DNA of 24,000 nucleotides, from positions 557,373 to 581,372 of the forward strand of contig OZ244154.1 of NCBI GenBank assembly GCA_965216335.1, in the 5' to 3' direction. The stretch comes from Aestuariivirgaceae bacterium (GTDB taxonomy: Bacteria > Pseudomonadota > Alphaproteobacteria > Rhizobiales > Aestuariivirgaceae). The notes beneath the pieces were generated by a model, which saw nothing but the letters and a program-made list of their open reading frames with translations, searched no databases and had not been told where the DNA came from. Numbering within the stretch: the first letter of the stretch is position 1; each line of letters begins with the position of its first letter. Shown piece by piece: positions 8,122 through 17,859 of this stretch. A program made the position numbers and the translations under genes.

Positions 8122-9093
8122 ATGGGCGCGCTGATCGACGGCAAATGGCACTCTGACGATGCTTTCCCCACCTCCAGGAGCGGCGCCTTTCAGCGGGCCA
8201 GCAGTACTTTTCGCAACTGGGTTACCCCGGATGGCAACAAGGGACTGAGCGGTGAGGGAGGTTTTACTGCCGAACCCGGGCGTTATCACCTCTATGTCTC
8301 GCTTGCCTGTCCGTGGGCGCACCGTACGCTGATCTTCCGTGAGCTGAAAGGTTTGCAGGACGCCGTTGGGCTGTCCGTGGTGCACTGGCTGATGCGCGAT
8401 GACGGCTGGACATTTGACGAAGATGACGGCGTGATTGCCGACACCGTCAACAATGCGGCTCTCTTGCACCAGGTATATAACGCCGCGGATCCGGCCTTTA
8501 CCGGGCGCGTCACTGTGCCGGTGCTGTGGGACAAGCAGCGTGGCACGATTGTCAGCAATGAGTCGTCTGAAATCATCCGCATGTTCAATTCAGCCTTCGA
8601 CCGGGCGGGTGCGGTGCCGGGCGACTACTATCCGCCTGACCTGCGCGCCGATATCGATGCGGTAAACGCACGGGTCTACGATACGCTCAACAATGGCGTA
8701 TACAAATGTGGATTTGCCCGCTCGCAGGCCGCGTATGATGCGGCGGTCAGGCCGTTGTTCGAAACTCTCGACTGGCTGGAGCGCCTGCTGTCCGAGCAGC
8801 TTTTTGTCACCGGCGATCGCCTGACCGAGGCCGATATCCGTCTGTTCACAACGCTCATTCGCTTTGATGCGGTGTACGTTGGTCATTTCAAGTGCAACAT
8901 CCGAAGGCTGTGCGACTACCCCAACCTGTGGGCCTACACCCGCCACATCTACCAGATGGACGCAGTGCGTTCGACCGTGGATTTCAGCCATATCAAACAG
9001 CATTATTACGCCAGTCATCTCGCCGTGAACCCGACCGGCATCGTGCCGGCAGGGCCTGAGCTGGACTACGATGCACCGCATGGACGTGGGTGA
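8122..9093 (+). CDS. yqjG: Glutathionyl-hydroquinone reductase (Xi-class GST, YqjG/ECM4 family)
   Basis: Close resemblance to my recollection of E. coli YqjG along its length: MG.LIDG.WH, FRNW, RYHLYVSLACPWAHRTLI with the CPWA active site, GRVTVPVLWDK, and TIVSNESSEIIRMFN. Confidence 0.9.
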   Translation: MGALIDGKWHSDDAFPTSRSGAFQRASSTFRNWVTPDGNKGLSGEGGFTAEPGRYHLYVSLACPWAHRTLIFRELKGLQDAVGLSVVHWLMRDDGWTFDEDDGVIADTVNNAALLHQVYNAADPAFTGRVTVPVLWDKQRGTIVSNESSEIIRMFNSAFDRAGAVPGDYYPPDLRADIDAVNARVYDTLNNGVYKCGFARSQAAYDAAVRPLFETLDWLERLLSEQLFVTGDRLTEADIRLFTTLIRFDAVYVGHFKCNIRRLCDYPNLWAYTRHIYQMDAVRSTVDFSHIKQHYYASHLAVNPTGIVPAGPELDYDAPHGRG

Positions 9094-9216
9094 GCTCGCT
9101 TTGTCTTCCAGACCAACGCCGCCCGATTTCGGCCCAAATCGTTAAACTTCGAGCGTTGCTGAAAACGGTGTCGAAAAGCCTTTGTGGAACAATGACCGCC
9201 AAGGAGGCGTCGTCAT

Positions 9217-9729
9217 ATGTCCACGGGAGCGAACCGCAAACCGCACACGGCGGTCTTGTCTTCAAGCGCTGCGTTGCTGGTCGCGCTGGCCATCGGTCTT
9301 GCTGCCGACAGCCGGGTCACGACGTCAGACGGCGGCCTCGAGCATGACTATTCCGGCGGCCAGGTCGCCCGCCTCATCAACGAAACCGCTCCCGACTGGT
9401 TGGTGATTCCGCCGCGCTCATCTTTTCCTGTCGTCAACAGGATCGGATCGCAATCCTCAGCGAGCCGCGTTGTTCACTACCGCACCCTTGCCAGCGAGGC
9501 CGAGATCACGGCCTTCCACAAGGTCAAACTGGCCTGGAAAGGCATGCAATGGCTCGACATCGACCCTGTGCCCGGCGATCATCACACACCGCTAGCCGTT
9601 CGGATCGGTCACTCAAGCAATGGCGGTGAGCGGCTGCACATCACCATCCGCAAGGCAGGGGCTGTCAACCTTGTCGAGATTCTTATCGCCGGCATGGATG
9701 AATCCGAAACGGCGCGCTTGACGCAGTAG
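9217..9729 (+). CDS. Exported or membrane-anchored protein, unknown function
   Basis: A strong AAGGAGG RBS lies 8 nt upstream of the ATG. N-terminal hydrophobic segment AVLSSSAALLVALAIGLAA. No motif recognised. Confidence 0.7.
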   Translation: MSTGANRKPHTAVLSSSAALLVALAIGLAADSRVTTSDGGLEHDYSGGQVARLINETAPDWLVIPPRSSFPVVNRIGSQSSASRVVHYRTLASEAEITAFHKVKLAWKGMQWLDIDPVPGDHHTPLAVRIGHSSNGGERLHITIRKAGAVNLVEILIAGMDESETARLTQ

Positions 9730-9780
9730 TGTAATTCGCCGCAGCATCCCGGACCCGTTCGCAACAGACAGGAATCCGCC

Positions 9781-10176
9781 ATGCCGCTTCCCGAATTCTT
9801 CATGATCGATGGCGCCCCCCAGCCGGTCGCGACCTTTTCCCATGCCAGTGAGATCGACGGCTGGGTGTTCCTGACCGGACAGATGCCAACCTTTCTTGGC
9901 GAGCCGAACCGCCCGTTGCCCGACGGCATAGAAGCCCAGACACGGCGGGTAATGGACAATCTGATCATCGTGCTCGACGGCATGGGGCTAGGGCTGGAGA
10001 ACGTCGCCCAGGCGCGGGTCTACATCACCAACTTCGAGCGCGACTATGAGGCGATGAACCGGACTTACAAGTCATACTTTGCCGAAGGCAAACTGCCAGC
10101 GCGCACCTGCATCGGCGTCACCGGCCTGGCTGTCGGAGCGCTGGTCGAAATCGACATGATCGCCCGCCGTCCGTGA
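9781..10176 (+). CDS. RidA/YjgF/RutC-family reactive-intermediate deaminase-like protein
   Basis: Length of 131 aa and family pattern: ATFSHASEIDGWVFLTGQ...DNL..VL...G..L.NV....VYI......Y..MN..Y..YF....PARTCIGVTGLAVGALVEIDMIA. Confidence 0.85.
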   Translation: MPLPEFFMIDGAPQPVATFSHASEIDGWVFLTGQMPTFLGEPNRPLPDGIEAQTRRVMDNLIIVLDGMGLGLENVAQARVYITNFERDYEAMNRTYKSYFAEGKLPARTCIGVTGLAVGALVEIDMIARRP

Positions 10177-11577
10177 TTACCTGGGCATGCGGTTCCAGGC
10201 ATCGAGCGCAGCGATTTTGTAGGCCTCGGCAAGGGTCGGGTAGTTGAAGGTGTTCTCGACAAAGTAGTCGAGCGTGCCCTTCAGGTTGAGCACCGCCTGA
10301 CCGATGTGAATGAGCTCGGTGGCGCCTTCGCCGACGATGTGGCAGCCGAGAAGGCGCCGGGTCTTCAGCGAGAAGATCATCTTCATCATGCCGAAGTTGA
10401 GCCCCATGATGTGGCCGCGCGAGGTCTCGCGGAATCGGGCGATGCCGGTTTCATAGGCTATGCCGCGCTCCTTGACCTCCTGTTCGCTCATCCCGACGGT
10501 TGAAATCTCCGGCACCGCGTAGATACCATAAGGGAAGTACTCAGGCGGTTCCTGGGCCTGCAAGTCAAAGGCGTGGCAGGCGGCGATCCTGCCTTGCTCC
10601 ATTGAAGTCGAAGCAAGGCTGGGAAACCCGATTACATCACCGGCGGCGTAGATGTGGTCAACATCGGTCTGGAACGTTTGGGAGTTGACCGCTACGCGGC
10701 CACGGTGGTCGACTTCCAGCCCACAGTTTTCCAGCCCCAGAACGTCAGTAGCACCGACCCGGCCGGCGGCGAACAGCAAGCTGTCGGAGCGCACCTGGCG
10801 TCCGTCTTCCATCCGAACAACACAAGCGTTATCCAGCCGCGTGATGGTTTGCGCCTTGCAGCCTAACCGGAGCACGATGCCGCGGTCACGCATCTGGTGC
10901 ATGAAGTCCTCGATGATCTCGCGGTCGATGAAATCAAGGATTTGATCGCGCGGCTCGATCACCGTCACATGAATGTCGAGGGCATTGAAGATCGTCGCAT
11001 ACTCGATGCCGATCACCCCGGCACCGATGATGGTGATGTTGCGCGGAACATCGTGCAGGTCGAGCACCTCATCAGTGTCGAGAACCTTTTGCCCGTCGAA
11101 CGGCACATAGTCCGGCCGGAAAGGACGGGTGCCGACGGCGAGCAGAAAGCGGTCGGCGGTGATTGAAATCGGATCGGCATCATCGCTGGTGATCAGCACC
11201 GTGTTGGGGTCGCTGAACCGGGCTTCGCCGGCGATGACCGAGACGCGGTTGCGAGAGAACTGGTGCTGCAGAACTTCGACCTCGTGGTCGAGGGTCATCA
11301 GCAGCCGGGCGCGCAGGTCGTCTGCCGTGATGTCCTGCTTGACCCGGTAGGAGCGGCCATAAAAGCCGCGCTCGCGCCAGCCGGACAGGTTAAGCACGGT
11401 TTCGCGCAAGGTCTTCGAAGGGATCGTGCCCGTATGCACCGAAACTCCACCGACCCGGCGGCCCTTTTCGACCACCAGCACGTTCTTGCCAACCTTGGCT
11501 GCTTGAATGGCCGCACGGCGTCCGGCAGGCCCTGATCCGATGACGATCAGGTCATAGTGGTCGTTGGCTTTTGTCAT
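10177..11577 (-). CDS. sthA: Soluble (Si-specific) pyridine nucleotide transhydrogenase
   Basis: The 466-aa protein resembles my recollection of E. coli SthA along its length: [47 protein letters not shown]...[33 protein letters not shown]. The start overlaps the rimO stop as ATGA. Confidence 0.95.
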   Translation of the reverse strand: MTKANDHYDLIVIGSGPAGRRAAIQAAKVGKNVLVVEKGRRVGGVSVHTGTIPSKTLRETVLNLSGWRERGFYGRSYRVKQDITADDLRARLLMTLDHEVEVLQHQFSRNRVSVIAGEARFSDPNTVLITSDDADPISITADRFLLAVGTRPFRPDYVPFDGQKVLDTDEVLDLHDVPRNITIIGAGVIGIEYATIFNALDIHVTVIEPRDQILDFIDREIIEDFMHQMRDRGIVLRLGCKAQTITRLDNACVVRMEDGRQVRSDSLLFAAGRVGATDVLGLENCGLEVDHRGRVAVNSQTFQTDVDHIYAAGDVIGFPSLASTSMEQGRIAACHAFDLQAQEPPEYFPYGIYAVPEISTVGMSEQEVKERGIAYETGIARFRETSRGHIMGLNFGMMKMIFSLKTRRLLGCHIVGEGATELIHIGQAVLNLKGTLDYFVENTFNYPTLAEAYKIAALDAWNRMPR

Positions 11578-12905
11578 GACGGATCAACGGGTTCCGCAAT
11601 GAGGTCGTAATCTGTGGCGTCGGTAACATGTACACGCACCAGGTCGCCTTGGGCGAGCCCGGTTGCGCCAGGTAGAAGCACGTTTCCGTCAATTTCGGGG
11701 GCATCCCATGGAGAGCGGGCGATAGCTTCGCCCTGGCCTACGTCGACTTCATCAACGAGAACATAGACACGGCGGCCAATCTTGTGCTGTAGGATGTCTG
11801 CGCTGATCTCGGCCTGCACCTGCATGAACCGGTGCCAGCGCTCCTCCTTGACCTCTTCAGGCACATGGCCGGGCAAATCATTGGCGCGAGCACCGTCCAC
11901 CGGTTCGTACTTGAAACAGCCGGCCCTTTCGATCCGCGCCTCGCGCATCCACTCAAGCAGGCACTCGAAATCCTCATCCGTTTCACCGGGAAAGCCGACG
12001 ATGAAGGTCGAGCGGATGGCGAGGTCGGGGCAGACGCCGCGCCACGCCGCCAGCCGGTCGAGCACCTTGGCCTGATTAGCCGGCCGCCGCATGGCTTTAA
12101 GGACCGATGGGCTAGCGTGCTGGAACGGAATGTCGAGATATGGCAGCACGCTGCCTTCGGCCATCAGTTCCACCACCTTGTCGACGTGCGGGTAGGGGTA
12201 GACGTAGTGCAGTCGGACCCAGGCGCCGAGCGAGCCCAGTTCCTTTGCCAGATCGTAAAACCGGGCGGAAATCTCGCGGCCATGCCACTTGCTTGCCGCG
12301 TAGTTGATGTCCAGGCCATAGGCGGAGGTATCCTGTGAAATGACCAGCAGTTCCTTGACACCTGCCCTGACCAGCCTTTCAGCCTCATAGAGCACCGACG
12401 CCGCTGGCCGACTTGCCAGATCACCACGCAATTCTGGGATGATGCAAAATGTGCACCGATTGTTGCAACCGTCTGAAATTTTTAAATAAGCGTAGTGGCG
12501 CGGTGTGAGCTTGAGCCCTTGATCGGGCACCAGGTCGAACTTTGGATCGTGCGCCGGCGGTACTGCATTGTGAACCGCGTTGACCACCGCCTCGTACTGG
12601 TGCGGTCCGGTGACCGCCAGAACGTCGGGATGGATATCGCGAATGGCCGCTTCATCGCCGCCCATGCAACCGGTGACGATAACTCGGCCGTTCTCTGCAA
12701 TCGCCTCGCCAATCGCCTCCAGCGACTCCGCCTTGGCGCTGTCGAGAAACCCGCAGGTGTTGACGATCACTGCATCGGCCCCGGCATAATCCGGCGAAAT
12801 CACATAACCCTCGGCTCGCAACTGCGTCAGGATACGTTCGGAGTCCACCAACGCCTTGGGGCAACCGAGACTGACGATACCGACTTTCGGGAGGGGTGCG
12901 GGCAT
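11574..12905 (-). CDS. rimO: Ribosomal protein S12 methylthiotransferase RimO (radical SAM)
   Basis: N-terminal UPF0004 domain ([16 protein letters not shown]...VIVNTCGF). Radical-SAM motif [12 protein letters not shown]-terminal TRAM-like region. Confidence 0.95.
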   Translation of the reverse strand: MPAPLPKVGIVSLGCPKALVDSERILTQLRAEGYVISPDYAGADAVIVNTCGFLDSAKAESLEAIGEAIAENGRVIVTGCMGGDEAAIRDIHPDVLAVTGPHQYEAVVNAVHNAVPPAHDPKFDLVPDQGLKLTPRHYAYLKISDGCNNRCTFCIIPELRGDLASRPAASVLYEAERLVRAGVKELLVISQDTSAYGLDINYAASKWHGREISARFYDLAKELGSLGAWVRLHYVYPYPHVDKVVELMAEGSVLPYLDIPFQHASPSVLKAMRRPANQAKVLDRLAAWRGVCPDLAIRSTFIVGFPGETDEDFECLLEWMREARIERAGCFKYEPVDGARANDLPGHVPEEVKEERWHRFMQVQAEISADILQHKIGRRVYVLVDEVDVGQGEAIARSPWDAPEIDGNVLLPGATGLAQGDLVRVHVTDATDYDLIAEPVDPS

Positions 12906-13000
12906 TGATTCCTGCTAGCGGGGCGAATATGCAGTTTGTATGAAGCGCCGCTCTCATTAGCGCAGGCCAACTGTTCCTGCAATCATGTCAAGGATTTGTC

Positions 13001-13876
13001 ATGGACACATCGCGCGAACGGGCAAAGAGCCTGAGTTGTTGGTCGGGGCCGGTCGATCCGCAACCGCTCAAAGGCGGCCTGAGCAATGAGAGTTTCACCG
13101 TCGTCGATGGTGGTGAAACGTATGTCGTGCGCTTCGGCACGGACGTGCCCGTGCACCACGTGTTCCGTGACAACGAGGTGATGGCCTCACATGCGGCGTT
13201 TGAGGCCGGGTTTGCCCCTGAACTGGTTCATGCCGGTGAAGGTGTTACGGTTTTCCGGTTCATTTCCGGCAAGACATTCGACGAGGCCGATGTCAGGGCG
13301 AACATCGAACGTGTCGCAGCCCTGGTTCACAACTTTCATAACGAAATGCCACACCACGTTTCCGGCCCTGGCCGGTTTTTCTGGCCGTTTCATATGGTAC
13401 GCGACTATGCCCGGACGCTGAAGGCCGGCAACAGCCGGATGGTGGGCGAGATACCCGGCTTCCTGACGCTCGCCGACGAACTCGAAGCCGTACAACCTGC
13501 CATGCCGATCATTTATTCCCACGATGACTTGCTGCCGGCCAACTTCATTGACGACGGCGAAAGGCTCTGGCTGATTGATTTTGAGTATGCGGCCTTCTCG
13601 ACACCGATGTTCGATTTGGCCGGTGTATCCTCCAATGCCCAATTCGGCGAAGACGAGGACAAGCGTTTGCTGAGATCCTATTTCGGCAACGCACCGAATC
13701 AAGCGCTGCAAAGGGGGTTTGGTGCAATGAAATGCGCCTCCCTGCTGCGCGAGGCGATGTGGAGCATGGTGTCTGAACTGCATCTGGACGCGCCAGGCGT
13801 TGATTATGTTGCTTACACCGATGAAAACCTCGAACGCCTCGATCAGGCCGTTGCTGCCTACAAGGCCAGGTTCTAG
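13001..13876 (+). CDS. Choline/ethanolamine-kinase-like phosphotransferase (APH fold)
   Basis: Nucleotide-binding region LKGGLSNESFTV. Brenner motif HDDLLPANFI. Mg-binding LIDFEYAAF. Confidence 0.8.
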   Translation: MDTSRERAKSLSCWSGPVDPQPLKGGLSNESFTVVDGGETYVVRFGTDVPVHHVFRDNEVMASHAAFEAGFAPELVHAGEGVTVFRFISGKTFDEADVRANIERVAALVHNFHNEMPHHVSGPGRFFWPFHMVRDYARTLKAGNSRMVGEIPGFLTLADELEAVQPAMPIIYSHDDLLPANFIDDGERLWLIDFEYAAFSTPMFDLAGVSSNAQFGEDEDKRLLRSYFGNAPNQALQRGFGAMKCASLLREAMWSMVSELHLDAPGVDYVAYTDENLERLDQAVAAYKARF

Positions 13877-13878
13877 CA

Positions 13879-16320
13879 ATGGTGTTGCCAACCCACGCCC
13901 AGGTTGTCGTCATTGGCGGCGGTATTATCGGCTGTTCCACCGCCTATCATCTAGCCCGGGACCACAACGCGGATGTCGTGTTGCTGGAGAAGGGTAAGCT
14001 GACGAGCGGTTCAACCTGGCATGCCGCCGGATTGGTCGGCCAGTTGCGTTCATCGGCCAGCATAACCCAGGTGTTGAAATACTCCGTCGGCCTTTATGAA
14101 ACACTCGAAGCCGAGACCGGACTGGCCACTGGCTGGAAACAGAATGGTGGGCTGCGCCTGGCCTGCAACGAGGAACGCTGGATCGAGATAAAACGCCAGG
14201 CGACGACGGCCCGTAGCTTCGGCCTGGAAATGGAACTGCTGAGCCCGACCGAAGCCAAGACGTTGTGGCCGATGATGGATGTCAGTGACCTGGTAGGCGC
14301 GGCCTTTCTGCCGACTGACGGCCAGGCGTCGCCATCCGATATCACCCAATCGCTCGCCAAGGGCGCGCGCATGCACGGCACCAAGCTGTTCGAGGGTGTG
14401 ACCGTGACGGGTATCGCAACCGAAAACGGCCGCGTCACCGGCGTTGAGACTGACCAGGGCACAATCGCGACCAGCCGGGTCGTCAATTGCGCCGGCATGT
14501 GGGCCCGCGATATCGGCGCCATGGCTGGCGTCACCGTACCGCTGCAGCCGGTGCAGCATCAGTATATGGTTTCCGAACCGATCGACGGCATAACAGCTGA
14601 CCTGCCGACCCTACGCGATCCAGACCGGCTGACATACTTCAAGGAGGAGGTCGGCGGCCTGGTGATGGGCGGTTATGAGTTCAACCCGATCGCCTGGGCC
14701 GACAGTGGTATCCCGGATCAGTTCGAGTTCCAGCTTCTGGAGGAAAACTGGGAGCATTTCGAACAATTCATGGGCTCGGCCATTGCCCGCGTGCCTGCCT
14801 TCGAGACCGCCGGCATCAAGCAACTGATCAACGGTCCAGAGAGTTTTACGCCGGATGGCACCTACATCATGGGCGAGGCACCGGAAGTTGCCGGGTTCTT
14901 CGTCGGCGCCGGGTTCAATGCCTTCGGCATCGCATCAGGCGGCGGGGCAGGGTGGATGCTTGCCGAATGGGTGATGACCGGAGAGCAGCCGCTCGATCTG
15001 TGGAGCGTCGACATCCGGCGGTTTTCAGCCTTGCACACGGACCGCGACTGGGTGCGCCAACGTACCCTGGAGGCCTACGGCAAACACTACACCGTCGTCT
15101 TTCCGCACGAGGAGTACAAGAGCGGCCGGCCGCGCATCGTCTCGCCACTTTATGACCGGCTGCAGGCGCGGCGGGCGGTGTTCGGCTCCAAGCTTGGCTG
15201 GGAGCGTCCCAACTGGTTCGCGCCAGCAGGCATCGAGCCGTGTGATGACTATTCGATGGGCCGCCAGAACTGGTTCGAGCATGTCGCGGGGGAGCACAGG
15301 GCTGTGCGCGAAAGGGTAGGGCTGTTCGACCAGTCGTCATTCGCCAAGTTTGAACTCTCAGGCAAAGACGCTTGTGAGGCCCTGTCGTGGATCGCCGCCA
15401 ACAACGTCGACGTCGCGCAAGGCCGCGTCGTCTACACTCAGATGCTCAACTCACGCGGCGGTATCGAGTGCGATCTGACAGCGGCGCGAATGGCTGGTGA
15501 CAGGTACTACATTGTCACCGGAACCGGTTTTCGTACCCACAATTTCAGTTGGATCCGTCAGCACATCAAGCCGGGACTTGATGCCAGCCTGCGCGATGTA
15601 ACCGAGGCCTATGGGACACTGTCGCTATTCGGACCACGCGCCCGCGATGTCCTCAATGAGCTGACAAACGACGATCTGACCAATGACGGTTTTGCGTTCG
15701 GACACATGAGGGAAATCTCCATTGCCGGTCACTGCGTGCGTGCCTTGCGCATCACCTATGTCGGTGAACTCGGCTGGGAACTGCACATGCCCATTAATGC
15801 GACCGGCGAGGTGTTCGATGCGCTGTTCAACGCTGGCAAACCGCACGGACTCGCGCTGTGCGGTTATCGGGCGATCGAGTCGCTTAGGCTGGAAAAAGGT
15901 TACCGCGCCTGGGGCAGCGACATCACGCCAAATGACTCTCCGTTCGAGGCAGGGCTTGGCTGGGCTGTGAAGATGAAATCTGGCCAACCGTTTCTTGGCC
16001 GCGAGGCGGCGCGAGAAGCTGCGAGCTCACCGCTCGAAAAAATGTTGATTTGCTTTACCGTCGACGACCCTGAGGTGACCTTGCTCGGCCGTGAGACCAT
16101 CCTGCGCAATGGCGAGCCGGTCGGGTATCTTTCAAGCGGCGGTTTCGGTCATACCATCGGCAAGCCGATCGGCTACGGCTACGTCAGGCATGAGCAGGGC
16201 GTTGATCACGAGTACGTGTTCAACGCTGACTATGCCTTGGACGTTGCAACAGAGCGAAAGCGCTGCAAACCGCACCTAACATGCCTGTACGACCCGGAAA
16301 ACAGCCGGATCAAGTGCTGA
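13879..16320 (+). CDS. FAD-dependent oxidoreductase fused to a GcvT-type folate-binding domain (dimethylglycine/sarcosine dehydrogenase family)
   Basis: 813 aa. FAD fold VVVIGGGIIGCSTAYHLA. STWHAAGL, the covalent-FAD histidine context of DMGDH/SARDH. The C-terminal half has aminomethyltransferase-like motifs (FDQSSFAKFELSGKDA, ITYVGELGWELH, GYRAIESLRLEKGY). It starts 2 nt after the kinase-like gene's stop. Confidence 0.9.
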   Translation: MVLPTHAQVVVIGGGIIGCSTAYHLARDHNADVVLLEKGKLTSGSTWHAAGLVGQLRSSASITQVLKYSVGLYETLEAETGLATGWKQNGGLRLACNEERWIEIKRQATTARSFGLEMELLSPTEAKTLWPMMDVSDLVGAAFLPTDGQASPSDITQSLAKGARMHGTKLFEGVTVTGIATENGRVTGVETDQGTIATSRVVNCAGMWARDIGAMAGVTVPLQPVQHQYMVSEPIDGITADLPTLRDPDRLTYFKEEVGGLVMGGYEFNPIAWADSGIPDQFEFQLLEENWEHFEQFMGSAIARVPAFETAGIKQLINGPESFTPDGTYIMGEAPEVAGFFVGAGFNAFGIASGGGAGWMLAEWVMTGEQPLDLWSVDIRRFSALHTDRDWVRQRTLEAYGKHYTVVFPHEEYKSGRPRIVSPLYDRLQARRAVFGSKLGWERPNWFAPAGIEPCDDYSMGRQNWFEHVAGEHRAVRERVGLFDQSSFAKFELSGKDACEALSWIAANNVDVAQGRVVYTQMLNSRGGIECDLTAARMAGDRYYIVTGTGFRTHNFSWIRQHIKPGLDASLRDVTEAYGTLSLFGPRARDVLNELTNDDLTNDGFAFGHMREISIAGHCVRALRITYVGELGWELHMPINATGEVFDALFNAGKPHGLALCGYRAIESLRLEKGYRAWGSDITPNDSPFEAGLGWAVKMKSGQPFLGREAAREAASSPLEKMLICFTVDDPEVTLLGRETILRNGEPVGYLSSGGFGHTIGKPIGYGYVRHEQGVDHEYVFNADYALDVATERKRCKPHLTCLYDPENSRIKC

Positions 16321-16344
16321 TCCCTCGTTTTGCGAATGGCGCAT

Positions 16345-16369
16345 GGTTAATCGGGCATCAAGATTAACC
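16345..16369 (+). terminator. Hairpin GGTTAATC-N9-GATTAACC downstream of the DMGDH-like gene (weak terminator or operator candidate)
   Basis: Perfect 8-bp inverted repeat read directly from the sequence, 25 nt after the stop at 16320 and followed by gcaggTTTTg. The stem is AT-rich and the T-tract short, so terminator function is uncertain. Confidence 0.3.
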
Positions 16370-16430
16370 GCAGGTTTTGAGCGCCGTTCCAGCGACTTTT
16401 TCAACCGCTCGTGTGCGATAACGAACCAAA

Positions 16431-17711
16431 TTGGCATGGACGATGAGGTTCACTATGGGGTGGGTTGCAGGAAAGCTAAGACAACTCCAGGATGATACAT
16501 CCGGCGCTGTTGCGATTGTGCTGGCCGTGATGGGCATACCATTGTTCTTGGCGGCCGGTGTGGCGATAGACTACGCAGAAGTCTCACGCGTCAAAGCCAA
16601 ACTGCAAAGTGCAGCAGACGCAGCTGTTCTCGCCGCCGCTGCGCCTAAGAAGGTTACAGACTCTGAACGTAAGACCATCGCTGTCAGGTTTTTCGAAGCC
16701 AATGTCGAAAGAGACAACCTTGGGGCCATTGCAACGCCCAACGTAACCGTGACCGAATCTTCGGTGAAGATCTCTGTTGACACCCAGTATCCGGCACGTT
16801 TTATGCGTATCGCAGGTTTCACGAACCACGAAATTGGAGCCAATTCGACCGCCTTCGTTCCCGGGGAGAAGAAGGCAGAGCTGGCTTTGGTGCTGGATTA
16901 TTCAGGGTCGATGAATTCCAAGGGCAAGTATCAGGCTATGCGTGACGCCGCCATCAACATGATTGATATCTTGACCGATGATGGCACGAAAACCGATACG
17001 TTGAAATTCGGCCTGGTGCCGTTCTCACACCATGTCTACCTGTCGCTGCCAGGCGAGCACGTCGCCGGGGAACTGGCCGGCACCACCTGGACCAACTGCA
17101 CCCAGGACCGCAAATATCCTTACAACGTTGAAGATAGCGTGCCGGACCCGAGTAATGTCGACACCTTGTGGGGTATGACGACGGGCAACGGATATGGTCG
17201 CGGCGCCTATTCCCAGTGTGGTCCATATTTGAGCAACAATCTCATCGTAAAGCCACTCACCAACAATGCAAATGAAGTCAAGGCGCAGTTACTGTCAATG
17301 TCACCGCACAGCCTGACGCATATTGCGTTGGGCACCGAATTCGGTTGGGCGCTGCTGTCACCCGGCGCGCCATTCACTGAAGGCGCCCCTTACACCGACG
17401 AAGACACAAAGAAATACCTGGTCGTCCTGACTGACGGCGTTCAAACGCAGGATGCGTGGGGGCCCGGGAAGTGGCGGTCGAGAGAAATCGGCGAAGCCAA
17501 CCTTGAAGAAATGTGCACCAATATCAAGGCTGAAGGCATCACGATTATCACAATCGCGTTTGATCTCAGTGACTTGTGGACTGAGCAGCGCCTGAAGAAC
17601 TGCGCCAGTTCGCCGGACGACTTCCACGATGCTGACGGCAACGCGCAACTGGCGGCCTCATTCGAAGCGATTGCCAACAAGCTCTACGAGCAGGTGCGCA
17701 TTCTTAAGTGA
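16431..17711 (+). CDS. TadG-like N-terminal membrane anchor fused to a von Willebrand factor A (VWA) domain
   Basis: N-terminus of TadE/TadG type (SGAVAIVLAVMGIPLFLAAGVAIDYAE). VWA MIDAS motif LVLDYSGSM (DxSxS), later VVLTDG and ITIITIAF. The true start is uncertain: TTG at 16431, or ATG at 16443 or 16455. Confidence 0.8.
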   Translation: MAWTMRFTMGWVAGKLRQLQDDTSGAVAIVLAVMGIPLFLAAGVAIDYAEVSRVKAKLQSAADAAVLAAAAPKKVTDSERKTIAVRFFEANVERDNLGAIATPNVTVTESSVKISVDTQYPARFMRIAGFTNHEIGANSTAFVPGEKKAELALVLDYSGSMNSKGKYQAMRDAAINMIDILTDDGTKTDTLKFGLVPFSHHVYLSLPGEHVAGELAGTTWTNCTQDRKYPYNVEDSVPDPSNVDTLWGMTTGNGYGRGAYSQCGPYLSNNLIVKPLTNNANEVKAQLLSMSPHSLTHIALGTEFGWALLSPGAPFTEGAPYTDEDTKKYLVVLTDGVQTQDAWGPGKWRSREIGEANLEEMCTNIKAEGITIITIAFDLSDLWTEQRLKNCASSPDDFHDADGNAQLAASFEAIANKLYEQVRILK

Positions 17712-17859
17712 CCCATTGTGTGCCGCCGGCGTTGGGAAACCAACTGGAGACCTCTGACAACCTCCCATTCTCGTCATTGACTGGCTTGTCCCAACGATGA
17801 CGGTGTCCGGAGGCACCCAGCTTGCCTCAGGATCAAGTGGGCACGGGCTCGGGGGTCAG

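Noticed and set aside
13187-13891. 234-aa minus-strand ORF antisense to the choline-kinase-like gene
   Set aside because: The plus strand has the Brenner and DFE kinase motifs. The antisense product has none and is a typical GC-rich shadow ORF.
17712-17859. Convergent 148-bp spacer between the VWA gene and the unknown exported protein gene, inspected for bidirectional terminators or a small RNA
   Set aside because: It holds only a short GC palindrome (CGCCGGCG, no loop) and no stem-loop with a U-tract. The 65-aa ORF at 17797-17994 mostly overlaps the 3' end of the minus-strand gene.
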